64,000 bases of DNA from Halorussus marinus (GCF_004765795.1 NZ_SBIV01000003.1:62001-126000), one strand, 5' to 3'. Shown: positions 21,686-32,044, counted from the stretch's first letter. A program made the numbers and translations. Notes: generated by a model from the sequence alone, not told the origin.

Positions 21686-22621
21686 ATGAGCTTCGACGAG
21701 ATGGACGTGGACACGATCTGGATGGACGGAGAGTTCGTCGACTGGGAGGACGCACAGATCCACGTCCTCACGCACGCACTGCACTACGGAACCGGCGTCT
21801 TCGAGGGCGTTCGCGCCTACGAGACCGAGAACGGCACCGCGATCTTCCGGTGGGAGGAACACCTCGACCGGCTGTACAACTCGTGTAAGCCCTACGACCT
21901 CGACATCGGCTACGATCGCGAGGAGCTGACCGAGGCGACCGAGCGGCTCGTCCGCGAGCAGGACCTCGGCTCGTGTTACATCCGCCCGATCGTCTTCTAC
22001 GGCTACGACAGCCTCGGTGTCAGCCCCGGCGACAACCCGACTCGGACCGCGATCGCGGCGTGGCCGTGGGGCACCTACCTCGGCGAGGACGCCCTCGAAA
22101 ACGGCGTCGAGGTGATGGTTTCGTCGTGGCGCAAGCATGCCTCCAGCCAGATCCCGACCAACGCCAAGACCACCGGCCTGTACGTCAACAGCATGCTCGC
22201 GGGCGAGGAGGCCCGCCGGAACGGCTTCGCCGAGGCGATCGTGCTCAACAAGGAGGGCGACGTCGCGGAGGGGCCGGGCGAGAACCTGTTCATGGTTCGT
22301 GACGGCGAGATATTCACCCCCGGGCTCGCCGAGAGCATCCTCGACGGCATCACCCGCGACACCGTCATCACGCTGGCCGAGGAGCGGGGCTACACCGTCC
22401 ACGATCAGGCGACGATCTCGCGGGGCGAACTCAACACCGCCGACGAGCTGTTCTTCACCGGGTCGGCCGCGGAGGTCACGCCGATTCGGCGGGTCGACAA
22501 CGTCGAGATCGGCGACGGCAGTCGGGGCCCGGTGACCGAGGAGCTCCAGACCGCCTTCTTCGACCTCGTCGAACGGCGCACCGACGACCACGACGAGTGG
22601 TTCAGCTACGTCGGCGAGTAG
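21686..22621 (+). CDS. ilvE: Branched-chain amino acid aminotransferase
   Basis: LHYGTGVFEGVRAY, YIRP, AEGPGENLF, ILDGITR, TGSAAEVTPI. Confidence 0.95.
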   Translation: MSFDEMDVDTIWMDGEFVDWEDAQIHVLTHALHYGTGVFEGVRAYETENGTAIFRWEEHLDRLYNSCKPYDLDIGYDREELTEATERLVREQDLGSCYIRPIVFYGYDSLGVSPGDNPTRTAIAAWPWGTYLGEDALENGVEVMVSSWRKHASSQIPTNAKTTGLYVNSMLAGEEARRNGFAEAIVLNKEGDVAEGPGENLFMVRDGEIFTPGLAESILDGITRDTVITLAEERGYTVHDQATISRGELNTADELFFTGSAAEVTPIRRVDNVEIGDGSRGPVTEELQTAFFDLVERRTDDHDEWFSYVGE

Positions 22622-22663
22622 TCGTCGCCGTCGACGCGTAGTCGAGCGAGTTCGATCGCTCGC

Positions 22664-23275
22664 TCACCGCGAGGGCGGCGATTCGGCGGTCTTCTCGTCC
22701 TCGACGTCGATGGGGATGCCCGACTCGCTTGTCTCGCCGAACCCCGCGCTCAGGACCCGGGTGAGCGCGTCCTCGACGCTCTCGTCGGTCTCCTCGAAGC
22801 GGCTGGGCTCGACCTCGACCACGAACCCGGTGGTGATGTTCGGCGCGGTCGGCAAAAACAGCATCTCGCGGCCGTCGTCGGTGGTCTTGCCCGTCTTGAA
22901 CGCGGTCATCCGCATCCCGTTCCACGTCTCGAGTTTGACCGGGGCCTGCAGATCGGTCGTGTCCGAGAACGCGGTCTCGGCCGCCATCTTCGAGGCGTTG
23001 TAGATGACCCGGAGGCCGGGGACTCGGTTCATCACGCCGTCGATGATCCCCTCGACGAGCGAGCCGACGGCGGTCCGCATCATGTAGCCGACGCTCAACA
23101 CGAGCAGGCTGAACACGATCAGGACGGTCAACACGCGCAACGACTCGGGGGTCATGTCCTGGAGGAACGGGAGGCCGGCGATCTTGAGATAGAGCCACGC
23201 GACGATGTAGGTCGTGACCATGATGGGCGCGAGAACGATGAGACCGCTGGCGATGTCGCGTTTCCACGAGGACAT
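22664..23275 (-). CDS. DUF502-like membrane protein
   Basis: Two N-terminal TMs; RVPGLRVIY and FLPTAPNITTGF motifs. Confidence 0.8.
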   Translation of the reverse strand: MSSWKRDIASGLIVLAPIMVTTYIVAWLYLKIAGLPFLQDMTPESLRVLTVLIVFSLLVLSVGYMMRTAVGSLVEGIIDGVMNRVPGLRVIYNASKMAAETAFSDTTDLQAPVKLETWNGMRMTAFKTGKTTDDGREMLFLPTAPNITTGFVVEVEPSRFEETDESVEDALTRVLSAGFGETSESGIPIDVEDEKTAESPPSR

Positions 23276-23342
23276 TTGTAGGCAACATCCGACCCCAGGA
23301 TTATAAACTAGATGCTATCGCGAGCCCGCCCGATCGCGGAGT

Positions 23343-24179
23343 TCACCCGCCGATGATCGCCCGGGCCGCGAACAGGAGGTTCTCCTTGCGCTCCATCACG
23401 CGCCGGTAGAAGTACGACAGCCACTTGCCGCCGTACGGGACGTACTGGTAGACCTCGTACTCCTCGGCGAGGTCGTACTGGGCGTCCTCGCGGACGCCCA
23501 TCAGCATCTGGATCTCGAAGTCGGTGCCGTACTCGTCGTGGAGGTCTTTCGCCAGCGAGATCATCGCCGGATCGTGGCTCCCGACCGCGATCCCGCCCTC
23601 GAAGTGCTCGAACATGTACTCGAGGTACTCCTCGTAGGCCGCGTCGACCGCCGACTTCTCGGTGAGCGCGACCGACTCGGGCTCGTCGTATGCGCCCTTG
23701 ACGAGCCGAACCTTCCCCGGCACGTCCGCGAGTCGTTCGAGGTCGTCGGCGGTCCGGTGCAGGTTCGCCTGAATGCAGACTCCGACCCCGCCCTCGTGTT
23801 TGCGCGCGAGCTCCTCGTAGACGTCGAGGGTCGCGTCGGTCGTGGTGTGGTCCTCCATGTCGATCCAGACGAACAGGTCCCGTTCGGCGGCGTGGTCGAC
23901 GATGCGCTCGACGTTCTCGCGGAACACCTGCGTCCCCGCGTCGAGCCCGATCTGGGAGGGTTTGACCGAGACGCAGGCGCCGAGGCCCGACCCGTCGATT
24001 CCCTCCAACAGCCGGAGGTACGCCTCGGCGTCCTCGTCGGCGGGTCCGCGGTCGTGGTAATGTTCCCCGAGCAGATTCAGGATGACCTTGACGTTTCGGT
24101 CGTTGAGCTCTCGGGTGTGGTCGAGCGCCTCGGCGGGGGTCTCGCCTGCCACGAACTTGCTCGCGATTGGCGGGATCAT
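23343..24179 (-). CDS. Proline dehydrogenase
   Basis: FVAGE, SVKPSQIG, IDMED, RLVKGAY, YVPYG...YFYRR. Confidence 0.93.
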   Translation of the reverse strand: MIPPIASKFVAGETPAEALDHTRELNDRNVKVILNLLGEHYHDRGPADEDAEAYLRLLEGIDGSGLGACVSVKPSQIGLDAGTQVFRENVERIVDHAAERDLFVWIDMEDHTTTDATLDVYEELARKHEGGVGVCIQANLHRTADDLERLADVPGKVRLVKGAYDEPESVALTEKSAVDAAYEEYLEYMFEHFEGGIAVGSHDPAMISLAKDLHDEYGTDFEIQMLMGVREDAQYDLAEEYEVYQYVPYGGKWLSYFYRRVMERKENLLFAARAIIGG

Positions 24180-24548
24180 TATTGGGGCTTAGTACCCACT
24201 TGACTTATACGATGGGCATTCGAAGCCCCGTCGACGACCGTCTCAGATCGTTTCTCCCGGCAAAACGCTCCGGCTTCGGTTCGGACAGACCGAAGCTATC
24301 CGACGCCGAAAGGGGCCGTTTGCTGTTGTCAACTCTGATTACGCGCCGAAACCGTGCTCGAACGGTCACGTTACGCTGGGACCGCCGAGACCGCTTCGGA
24401 TCGCCGCCGCGAGCGTCGCATACTCGAGTAAAGCCGAATTTCGCCATTTAAGCCGGATCTTACAGTTGCAACGGCCAACGACGTTTTCCGTCCAACCGGG
24501 TATAACCGCAGTCGGATCGCACCCGACCAGCGATCGCGACACAGACCC

Positions 24549-24908
24549 ATGCAAGAAAACAGCATCTCGTCCGAGTCAAGCGACACAGCGCTCCAAGACG
24601 TCGGTGCCGGTGGCGAAGGGTACATGTTCAACAATCAGTTCCAGCCGGACGCTCAGTTCGTCGTGGTGACGCCCGCATTGGACTGGGCGCCCGAAGGAGC
24701 CGGCGAGGGACAGTTCGGGACCGCGTTCAACACCCGGATCGTCCAGTACGTCGGCGCGGCCAACCAGTTCGCGTTCCTGTTCCCGTACGAGGACGCGGAG
24801 GTCTCGGAGGGCCAGCGGTACACGCTCGGTGGCGACTGGGCGGACATCGAAGATCAGGCCGACGACGGCACCGTGAACTTCGTGAACGTGACGTTCAATC
24901 CCGCGTAG
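24549..24908 (+). CDS. Hypothetical acidic protein, paralogue of the downstream gene
   Basis: Shares MxNxQF...F.V....L.WAP...TR...Y...LF....A...EG..Y with 24920-25483. Confidence 0.7.
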   Translation: MQENSISSESSDTALQDVGAGGEGYMFNNQFQPDAQFVVVTPALDWAPEGAGEGQFGTAFNTRIVQYVGAANQFAFLFPYEDAEVSEGQRYTLGGDWADIEDQADDGTVNFVNVTFNPA

Positions 24909-24919
24909 ACGACTCAACC

Positions 24920-25483
24920 ATGACAGACAACGACACCACGCTCGATCCGATAGTGAGTGAATCGACGCGTCGAACGTTCCTGAAGGCCGGTGCGGTCGCG
25001 TCGGGAAGTGTCGCGCTCGGCTTCTCCGGATTCGGGAGCGTCGCGGCTCAGGACGACGCCGGCGGTGTGGGAGTGATGCTCAACAGCCAGTTCTCGGGCG
25101 GCGCGCGGTTCACCGTCGCGTCCGACTCACTCGGGTGGGCGCCCATCGAGAGCGAGTTCGACGGGACGCAGTACGACACCCGCGTCATCAACTACGACTG
25201 GTCTTCCGGTGCGTACGCGATGCTGTTCGTCCCGCAGGAAGCCGGCCTGCAGGAGGGCGAAGCCTACGAGTTCAGTACCGGTATCGAAGCCGTCGACGTC
25301 GACGAGGGAGTGCTCGACGGCGACCTCCTCTTCGACGACGCCGGCGAGGTCGGGCTGGTCGGGGTGGAGTTCTCGCCGATCCAGTCGGACGCGACGGCGA
25401 ACGGAAACCAGACGACGGGCGACGAGACCACCGGCACCGAAACGACCGCTCTCGAGACCGCGACGACCGAATCGACCGAGTAG
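24920..25483 (+). CDS. Tat-exported hypothetical protein with Thr-rich tail
   Basis: STRRTFLK Tat motif, AAQ cleavage site, Thr/Glu-rich C-terminus. Confidence 0.78.
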   Translation: MTDNDTTLDPIVSESTRRTFLKAGAVASGSVALGFSGFGSVAAQDDAGGVGVMLNSQFSGGARFTVASDSLGWAPIESEFDGTQYDTRVINYDWSSGAYAMLFVPQEAGLQEGEAYEFSTGIEAVDVDEGVLDGDLLFDDAGEVGLVGVEFSPIQSDATANGNQTTGDETTGTETTALETATTESTE

Positions 25484-25511
25484 CCCGATCGACCCTCTCG
25501 GTCGTCGGCGA

Positions 25512-26033
25512 TCAGGCGTCGCGCGCGCCGACCCGGTGGTGTGTGACCGTCTGGGCCGCGAGCCCCCCGATCAAAAAGACGAGATTCCGGATCGGCGCCC
25601 CCAGATCGAACACCTCCACGCGGAGCTTTCGCTCGAAGACCGGCCAGAACGGACTGACCGGCTGTGTTCCCGGTAGCAACACGAGCACGTCGGCGACGAC
25701 GTGGCTCGATGTCCCCACGAACAGCCCGATGGCCGCCCAGACGAAGACGGCGTTCGCGGTGAGCCTCACCGACCGCGGTTCGCCCGCGACCCGGACGCAC
25801 GCGACGAACGCGCCGGCCGCCAGCACGCCGCCGCCGACGCCCGCGACCGCCGCGAACAGGAACGTGTGGGTCACGCCGTGATGGGTGACGTACGGGAGGT
25901 GGTTGTCAAGATCCGGGAGGAGAGCGACCACCAAGACGAACGCCGAGACGACGGTGCCCGGTTTCCGACCGAGGACGAACGGGATCGGGACCGCGAACAG
26001 CATCGCGACGCCGTAGTGACCCGCGGGATACAT
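25512..26033 (-). CDS. Membrane-bound metal-dependent hydrolase (YdjM-like)
   Basis: GHYG, LLPDLD, HHGVTHT, SHVVAD, PFWP. Confidence 0.82.
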   Translation of the reverse strand: MYPAGHYGVAMLFAVPIPFVLGRKPGTVVSAFVLVVALLPDLDNHLPYVTHHGVTHTFLFAAVAGVGGGVLAAGAFVACVRVAGEPRSVRLTANAVFVWAAIGLFVGTSSHVVADVLVLLPGTQPVSPFWPVFERKLRVEVFDLGAPIRNLVFLIGGLAAQTVTHHRVGARDA

Positions 26034-26095
26034 ACCGGATTTTGGTACTGCCCTGAGGCGGTTAACAGTTATCGCCGTCTGGCGATCCGCCGGGC

Positions 26096-26299
26096 TCACG
26101 GTCGGCCCAAGAGGTCGAGTCGGTCGAGCCCCCACGCCCCAAGCCCGAGGCCCGCGATCAGCGCCGTCCCGAGCACGAACAGAGGCAGGACTCGCCCCGG
26201 GAGCGGCCCCTCGAACGGGCCGAACGCCAGCTTCCAGACCGCATACGAGGTGAGCGTCGTCCCCACGAGCACCGCGAGGGGTTCGATCGCGTCGGACAT
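26096..26299 (-). CDS. Small two-TM hypothetical protein
   Basis: MSDAIEPLAVLVG..., two hydrophobic helices. Confidence 0.5.
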   Translation of the reverse strand: MSDAIEPLAVLVGTTLTSYAVWKLAFGPFEGPLPGRVLPLFVLGTALIAGLGLGAWGLDRLDLLGRP

Positions 26300-26400
26300 C
26301 TTCCAGAGAGCGACGACCTCCGTCCGCAAGGGGGCTACGGCCGCTCGTCGACCGCTCCGAACTCCCGGCGCTTAAGGTCTCGGCGTTCGCGTACTCGGTC

Positions 26401-26946
26401 ATGAGCCTCTTCGAGACGATCGTGGTCGCGCTGTGGGCGATGCTCCCCGCCTACGTGCCGAACAACGCCGCCGTCCTCGCGGGCGGCGGCCGCCCCATCG
26501 ACGGCGGTCGGACGTGGGGCGACCGGCGACTCCTCGGCGACGGGAAGACGTGGCGGGGGACGGCGGTCGGCGTCGCGGCGGGCGCGGCGCTGGCGGTCGC
26601 GCTCTCGGCGCTCGCACCGGCGGCGTCGGCGGCTGTCGGCGTCGATTTCCCGACCTTCCCCGCCGCGGTCGCGGTCGCCCTGCCGGCCGGTGCGATGGCG
26701 GGGGACATCGCCGCCTCCTTCCTGAAGCGCCGGACGGGTCGTGAGCGCGGCGCGGCGTTCCCCGGGCTCGACCAGCTCGATTTCGTGGTGTTCTCGCTAC
26801 TGTTCGCGTTCGTCGCCGCGCCCGCGTGGTTCGGCGCGGTGTTCACGCTCCCGGTGTTGGCGGTCGTGGTCGTCGCGACGCCCCTGTTGCACGTCGGGAC
26901 GAACGCCGTCGCGTACGCCCTCGGGCTGAAAAACGAGCCGTGGTAA
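26401..26946 (+). CDS. carS: CDP-archaeol synthase
   Basis: LPAYVPN, PIDGG, LGDGKTWRG, GDIAASFLKRR, LDQLD, LGLKNEPW. Confidence 0.93.
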   Translation: MSLFETIVVALWAMLPAYVPNNAAVLAGGGRPIDGGRTWGDRRLLGDGKTWRGTAVGVAAGAALAVALSALAPAASAAVGVDFPTFPAAVAVALPAGAMAGDIAASFLKRRTGRERGAAFPGLDQLDFVVFSLLFAFVAAPAWFGAVFTLPVLAVVVVATPLLHVGTNAVAYALGLKNEPW

Positions 26947-26948
26947 GA

Positions 26949-27210
26949 CGACCTTTTACTGCGGGCGCGCCACGAGCGCCGCGCCCTCCCAAACGCTCGA
27001 TCAAAAACACCGGGAGAGCTTCGCTCTCCCGAGCCTGCGTTCACTCCGTTCACGCAGACACGGCGTCACCGCCTCAGTCACACCCTCGCTTCGCTCGGGT
27101 GTTCCTTCGACGGTTCCTTGGTCCGCTCGCGCGTCGCGGTCCGAGAGAGCGACGCTCTCTCGGCATCACGAAAGGCGATGGCTTTCGAACAACTTCGCTT
27201 CTCGCTCGCG
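26949..27210 (+). repeat. REP/MITE-like hairpin element, copy A (long composite)
   Basis: CGACCTTTT-[GC hairpin]-CAAACGCTCGATCAAAAA followed by several further hairpins and a TCGCTTCGCTCG motif. Confidence 0.75.
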
Positions 27211-27445
27211 GTAGCGTGGGTCATCCCCAACTGAAACGCTCGGCCGAGCGATCCGGTCTGACTTAGATTCGCTCCGTAGATTTATAACCGAAGCCGGGAC
27301 CAACTCGGGGCACGCCGATGGCTCCGAAACGCATCCTCCGAGTCATCGCCTTCGCGTTCGCTGTCGGTCCGTTCGGTACCCTCGTTCGAGCGGAGCCGAC
27401 GCAAAGGGCACATTTTTTCACGCCCGCCGCCCCCACTACTCTCCG

Positions 27446-27967
27446 ATGGCCAACGAGGAACTCATCGCGGCGCTCAGGGAGGCCGAGGCGGTCAAGTACG
27501 GCGAGTTCGAACTCTCTCACGGCGGGACCAGCGACTACTACGTCGACAAGTACCTGTTCGAGACCGACCCGCGGTGTCTCGAACTCGTCGCCGAGGCGTT
27601 CGCCGAGCGCGTCGGGGAGACGAAGCTCGCGGGCGTCGCGCTCGGGGCGGTGCCGCTGGTCGCGGTCACCAGCGTCGAGACCGGCAACCCCTACGTCATC
27701 GCCCGCAAACAGCAAAAGGAGTACGGCACGGCCAACCTCATCGAGGGCCGACTCGACGAGGGCGAGGAGGTCGTCGTCCTCGAAGACATCGCCACCACCG
27801 GCCAGAGCGCGGCCGACGCCGTCGAGGCGCTCCGCGAGGCGGGAGCGACCGTCGACCGGGTCGTCGTCGTCGTGGACCGCGAGGAGGGCGCAACCGAGAA
27901 CCTCGCGGAGTACGACGTCGAACTCGAATCGCTGCTCACCGCCTCGGAACTGCTCGACGCGGAGTGA
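27446..27967 (+). CDS. pyrE: Orotate phosphoribosyltransferase
   Basis: [46 protein letters not shown]. Confidence 0.93.
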   Translation: MANEELIAALREAEAVKYGEFELSHGGTSDYYVDKYLFETDPRCLELVAEAFAERVGETKLAGVALGAVPLVAVTSVETGNPYVIARKQQKEYGTANLIEGRLDEGEEVVVLEDIATTGQSAADAVEALREAGATVDRVVVVVDREEGATENLAEYDVELESLLTASELLDAE

Positions 27968-28049
27968 GTTGGTCGATTACGCACCTCTGGTCTATCTCTG
28001 CTGGAATCACTTCGAGGTATTCAAGTTCGTGGGATGAGTGTGGCGGGGT

Positions 28050-28766
28050 ATGAACCGCGCAGAGAAGGCGAACCTCCAGTTGCGGGCGGTCGCCGTGCTT
28101 CGGATGCTGAAGGAGACGCGAACGTACGACGAACTCGCGGCGGTGACCGACCTCCCGGCCGGCGATCTGAACCGCTACGTCAACGGCCACGTCCTGCCGA
28201 GTCTCGACCGGGCCGAGGAGATCGTCGGCGGCGTCGGCCGCGACGAACTGGCGGCCGAACTCGAGGCCCGCGTCCGGGTCGACGGCGAGGGGTACGTCGA
28301 CAACTCCGCGGTCGTGTTCGACCAGTCGTTTCTCGATCTGGTCGCGCCGGTCGCCGCCGAGGCGTTCGGGTTCGACCGCCCCGACGTGGTGCTGACCGCC
28401 GCCACCGACGGCATCACCCTCGGGGCGGCGATGGCCGACTACTTCGGCGCCCGGGTCGCCTACGCGAAAAAGTCAAAGGAGACCGCCGTCGAGGAGTTCA
28501 TCGAGTCCCGCCAGCGCCTCCAGTCGGGGATCGAACTCACGTACTACCTGCCCGCCTCGGCCATCGACGCCGGCGACACCGTGCTGGTCGTCGACGACCT
28601 GATCCGGTCGGGCGAGACCCAAGAACTGTTGCTCGACATCGCCGAGCGCGCGGACGCGAGCGTCGGCGGCGTGTTCACGCTCATCGCCGTCGGCGACGAG
28701 GGACTCGAACGCGCCGAGGGCCGGACCGCCGCTCCGGTCGGCGCGCTGACGACGTACGAGGCCTGA
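28050..28766 (+). CDS. HTH-phosphoribosyltransferase (PurR/Apt-like)
   Basis: N-terminal HTH (TYDELA...DLNRYVNGHVLP); PRPP motif VLVVDDLIRSGET. Confidence 0.8.
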   Translation: MNRAEKANLQLRAVAVLRMLKETRTYDELAAVTDLPAGDLNRYVNGHVLPSLDRAEEIVGGVGRDELAAELEARVRVDGEGYVDNSAVVFDQSFLDLVAPVAAEAFGFDRPDVVLTAATDGITLGAAMADYFGARVAYAKKSKETAVEEFIESRQRLQSGIELTYYLPASAIDAGDTVLVVDDLIRSGETQELLLDIAERADASVGGVFTLIAVGDEGLERAEGRTAAPVGALTTYEA

Positions 28767-28878
28767 CGCCGACCCCGGCGCCGTTCGCGGGTCGCGTGAT
28801 ATCCATATTTGTGTATATGTGGGGTTTCTCTATGGTAACGGTTAAATAACGCGTCGGGAGTATGCTCACTCGTGCATT

Positions 28879-30348
28879 ATGGGAGCTAACGACGCTGCCG
28901 ACGAGTCGTCGGGTGCGCTGGCGGAGTACTTCGACTTCGAGGAGCACGGAACCGACCTCCGGACGGAGATCCTCGCGGGGCTGACCACGTTCCTGTCGAT
29001 GAGCTACATCGTGGTGGTCAACCCGGACATCCTCGCGGCCGCCATTCAGATCGATGGCGTCGGCCCCGACCGGACGTTCCAGATGCTCGCGGTCGTGACC
29101 ATCATCGCGGCCGCGGCCGCGACGCTCGTGATGGCGCTGTACGCCAAGCGGCCGTTCGCGCAGGCGCCGGGGCTCGGGCTCAACGCCTTCTTCGCGTTCA
29201 CGGTGGTGCTCGGGCTCGGGATCGACTGGCAGACCGCGCTCGCGGCCGTCGTGGTCGAGGGCGTCGTCTTCATCGCGCTCACCGCGGTCGGCGCCCGCGA
29301 GTACATCATCCGGCTCTTTCCCGAACCGGTCAAACTCGCGGTCGGTGCGGGCATCGGGCTCTTTCTCGCCATCATCGGACTGGAGGAGATGCGGGTGGTG
29401 GCGGGCGACGCCGCGACGTTCCTGACGTTCAATCCGGTGTTCGCCTCCGATCCGGTCGCGATCGTCTCGGTGGTCGGCCTGTTCGTCACGCTCGCGCTCT
29501 ACGCCCGGGGCGTTCGGGGCTCGATCGTCTCGGGCATCGTCTTCACGTCGGTGCTCGGCTACGCCGTCGCGTGGCTGGGCTACTCGGCGTACCCGGCCGA
29601 CGCCGACGCGCTCGCGGAGATGGGCGTTACCCTCGTCGACGTCGCGCTCGCGCCGAACGCACCCGTCACCTACGACGCCGCGAGCTACAACATCGCGCCG
29701 CTCGCCGGCGCGTTCGTCTCCGGGCTCCAGAACATCGAGGCGTTCTCGTTCGCGCTCATCGTCTTCACCTTCTTTTTCGTGGACTTCTTCGACACCGCGG
29801 GGACGCTCACCGGCGTCTCGCAGGCCGCGGGCTTCCTCGACGACGACGGCAACCTCCCCGAGATGGACAAGCCCCTGATGGCCGACGCGGTCGGCACCAC
29901 GGTCGGCGGCATGCTCGGGACCTCGACCGTCACGACCTACATCGAGTCGGCGACCGGCGTCGAGGAGGGCGGTCGAACCGGCATGACCGCGCTCGTGGTC
30001 GCACTGCTGTTTCTGGCCTCGCTCGCGGTCGTGCCCCTCGCGGTCGCGGTCCCCTCCTACGCCTCGCACCTCGTGCTCGTCGTGGTGGGAGTCATCATGC
30101 TCTCGAACGTCGCCGAGATCGCGTGGGACGACATCACCTACACCATCCCGGCCGCGCTCACCATCCTCGTGATGCCGTTTACCTTCTCCATCGCCTACGG
30201 CATCGCCGCGGGGATCATCTCGTACCCGATCGTGAAGCTCGCGGCCGGCGAACTCGACGACACTCGCCCCGGCCACTGGGCGCTCGCCGCGGCGTTCGTC
30301 CTCTACTTCTTCGTGCGCACGAGCGGGCTCCTCGCCGGTAGCGTCTGA
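28879..30348 (+). CDS. NCS2/AzgA-family purine permease
   Basis: TEILAGLTTF, APGLGLNAFF, DFFDTAGT, YIESATGVEEGGRTG, MPFTFSIAYG. Confidence 0.92.
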   Translation: MGANDAADESSGALAEYFDFEEHGTDLRTEILAGLTTFLSMSYIVVVNPDILAAAIQIDGVGPDRTFQMLAVVTIIAAAAATLVMALYAKRPFAQAPGLGLNAFFAFTVVLGLGIDWQTALAAVVVEGVVFIALTAVGAREYIIRLFPEPVKLAVGAGIGLFLAIIGLEEMRVVAGDAATFLTFNPVFASDPVAIVSVVGLFVTLALYARGVRGSIVSGIVFTSVLGYAVAWLGYSAYPADADALAEMGVTLVDVALAPNAPVTYDAASYNIAPLAGAFVSGLQNIEAFSFALIVFTFFFVDFFDTAGTLTGVSQAAGFLDDDGNLPEMDKPLMADAVGTTVGGMLGTSTVTTYIESATGVEEGGRTGMTALVVALLFLASLAVVPLAVAVPSYASHLVLVVVGVIMLSNVAEIAWDDITYTIPAALTILVMPFTFSIAYGIAAGIISYPIVKLAAGELDDTRPGHWALAAAFVLYFFVRTSGLLAGSV

Positions 30349-30532
30349 CGCGACGCTCGACTCGTTCTCGTTCGCGGCCGCTTATCCCGGCGGGACACGC
30401 CGGTCGACGAGTACGGCGGGGTTCGGCGGCCGTCGCCTCGATCGCGACGAGCGTCCGCCGGCGAGGCCGAGCCGTGAGGACTGACTCTCAGTCTGACGTA
30501 CATTTAACGGGCACCGCGTCGTCACGGCCGGT

Positions 30533-31969
30533 ATGAACCTCGGCTCCGTCTCGCGCTCGCGGCGGTGGCTCGTCCGGATCGCGGTGGCGCTGGTGGCGGC
30601 CGCGCTCCTCGCGCCCGCCGCGATCTCCGGCGCCACGTACGTCCTGACCGACGAGGACCCCGGAAACCTCCGGGCGTCTGTCGAAGAGCCCGCGAACGGC
30701 ACGACCGTCATCTCGATTCAGGGCTTTCACTTCCAGGGGATGGCAAACGAGAACAAGCCCGCCCGCCTCGTCGCGGTCGGCCCCCGCGGCGACGTCGAGT
30801 GGGTCCACAACGGTTCGGGATTCGACGCGACGTGGTTCTACGACGTCGACCCGCTTGAGGACGGCCACCTGCTCGTGACCGCGACCGCCGCCGACGAGAC
30901 GCTGGTGTACGAACTCGACCCCGACACCCAAGAGCGGATCTGGACCGAACGCCTCCCCATTCAGGACACCCACGACGTCGATCTGATCAACGGCGACCGA
31001 CTGCTGGTCGCGAACATGCGCGAGGCCGGGAAAGACGACCGCCTGTTCGTCTACGACACCGCCGCCGACGAGATCGTCTGGGAGTGGCACTTCGACGACC
31101 ACTACCCCGAGTCGGTCGGGGGCTCGTCGAACGACTGGACCCACGTCAACGACGTCGACAAGATCGGCGACGGCGAGTATCTGGCCTCCCCCCGGAACTT
31201 CGATCAGGTGATCGTGGTGAACCGCTCGACCAACGAGATCGACGCGCGACTCGGGAGCGACGACGACCACGACACGCTGTACGAACAGCACAATCCCCAG
31301 TACCTCGAAGGCGAGGACGGGACGCCAACGATTCTGGTCGCCGACAGCGAGAACGACCGGATCGTCGAGTACGCCCGGGACGCCCGCGGTGCGAACGGTT
31401 CGAGCGCGTCGGCGTCCTCGGACGGCGAGTGGACCCGGACGTGGAGCGTCGGCACCGACGGGCTGAGCTGGCCCCGGGACGCAGACCGACTCCCCGACGG
31501 TGACACGCTGGTCGTGGACACGATGAACCAGCGCGTGTTCGAGATGACCCCCGAGGGCGACGTGGTCTGGGAGTTCCACGCGCCGTGGGCGCCCTACGAC
31601 GCCGAGCGCGTCCACCTCGGCGACGAACCCGGCGGGCCGACGATGCGGGAGCTGAACGCCTCCGGAAGCTACGACCTGAGCGGTAGCAGCCTCTCGGTCG
31701 GCGACAGCGAGGGCGTCGCCTTCTGGATCGACGAGACGTTCGGGGGGACGCCGGTCGAGGCCCAGGCCACCTCCGTCGCCCGGACGTGGGCTCACGTCAC
31801 GCCGTGGATCCGGCCGGTGTGGATGACCGGCTGGGAGTTCCTCGCGGCGATCGCCGCCGGAATCGCGCTGGTCGCGTGGGGCGCGGGCGAGGCGATCTAC
31901 CAGCGCCGTCGGCTCCGGACCGGCCTCTCGAACGCCCTGAGGCGGGTGTCGGAGTTGGGAGGGCGGTAG
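30533..31969 (+). CDS. Arylsulfotransferase (ASST)-like membrane-anchored beta-propeller protein
   Basis: DTHDVD, DWTHVNDVD, LYEQHNP, WPRDADRLPDG; N- and C-terminal TMs. Confidence 0.78.
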   Translation: MNLGSVSRSRRWLVRIAVALVAAALLAPAAISGATYVLTDEDPGNLRASVEEPANGTTVISIQGFHFQGMANENKPARLVAVGPRGDVEWVHNGSGFDATWFYDVDPLEDGHLLVTATAADETLVYELDPDTQERIWTERLPIQDTHDVDLINGDRLLVANMREAGKDDRLFVYDTAADEIVWEWHFDDHYPESVGGSSNDWTHVNDVDKIGDGEYLASPRNFDQVIVVNRSTNEIDARLGSDDDHDTLYEQHNPQYLEGEDGTPTILVADSENDRIVEYARDARGANGSSASASSDGEWTRTWSVGTDGLSWPRDADRLPDGDTLVVDTMNQRVFEMTPEGDVVWEFHAPWAPYDAERVHLGDEPGGPTMRELNASGSYDLSGSSLSVGDSEGVAFWIDETFGGTPVEAQATSVARTWAHVTPWIRPVWMTGWEFLAAIAAGIALVAWGAGEAIYQRRRLRTGLSNALRRVSELGGR

Positions 31970-32044
31970 TCCGGCGAGCCGACGGTCGCGTCACGACCTT
32001 CCGACACCATCACGTTCTTTGCTCGCAAGCGACTACGCGCCCAC

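Noticed and set aside
26949..27210. Possible tRNA or known ncRNA
   Set aside because: No cloverleaf with T-loop and anticodon arm recognised; better explained as a repeat family.
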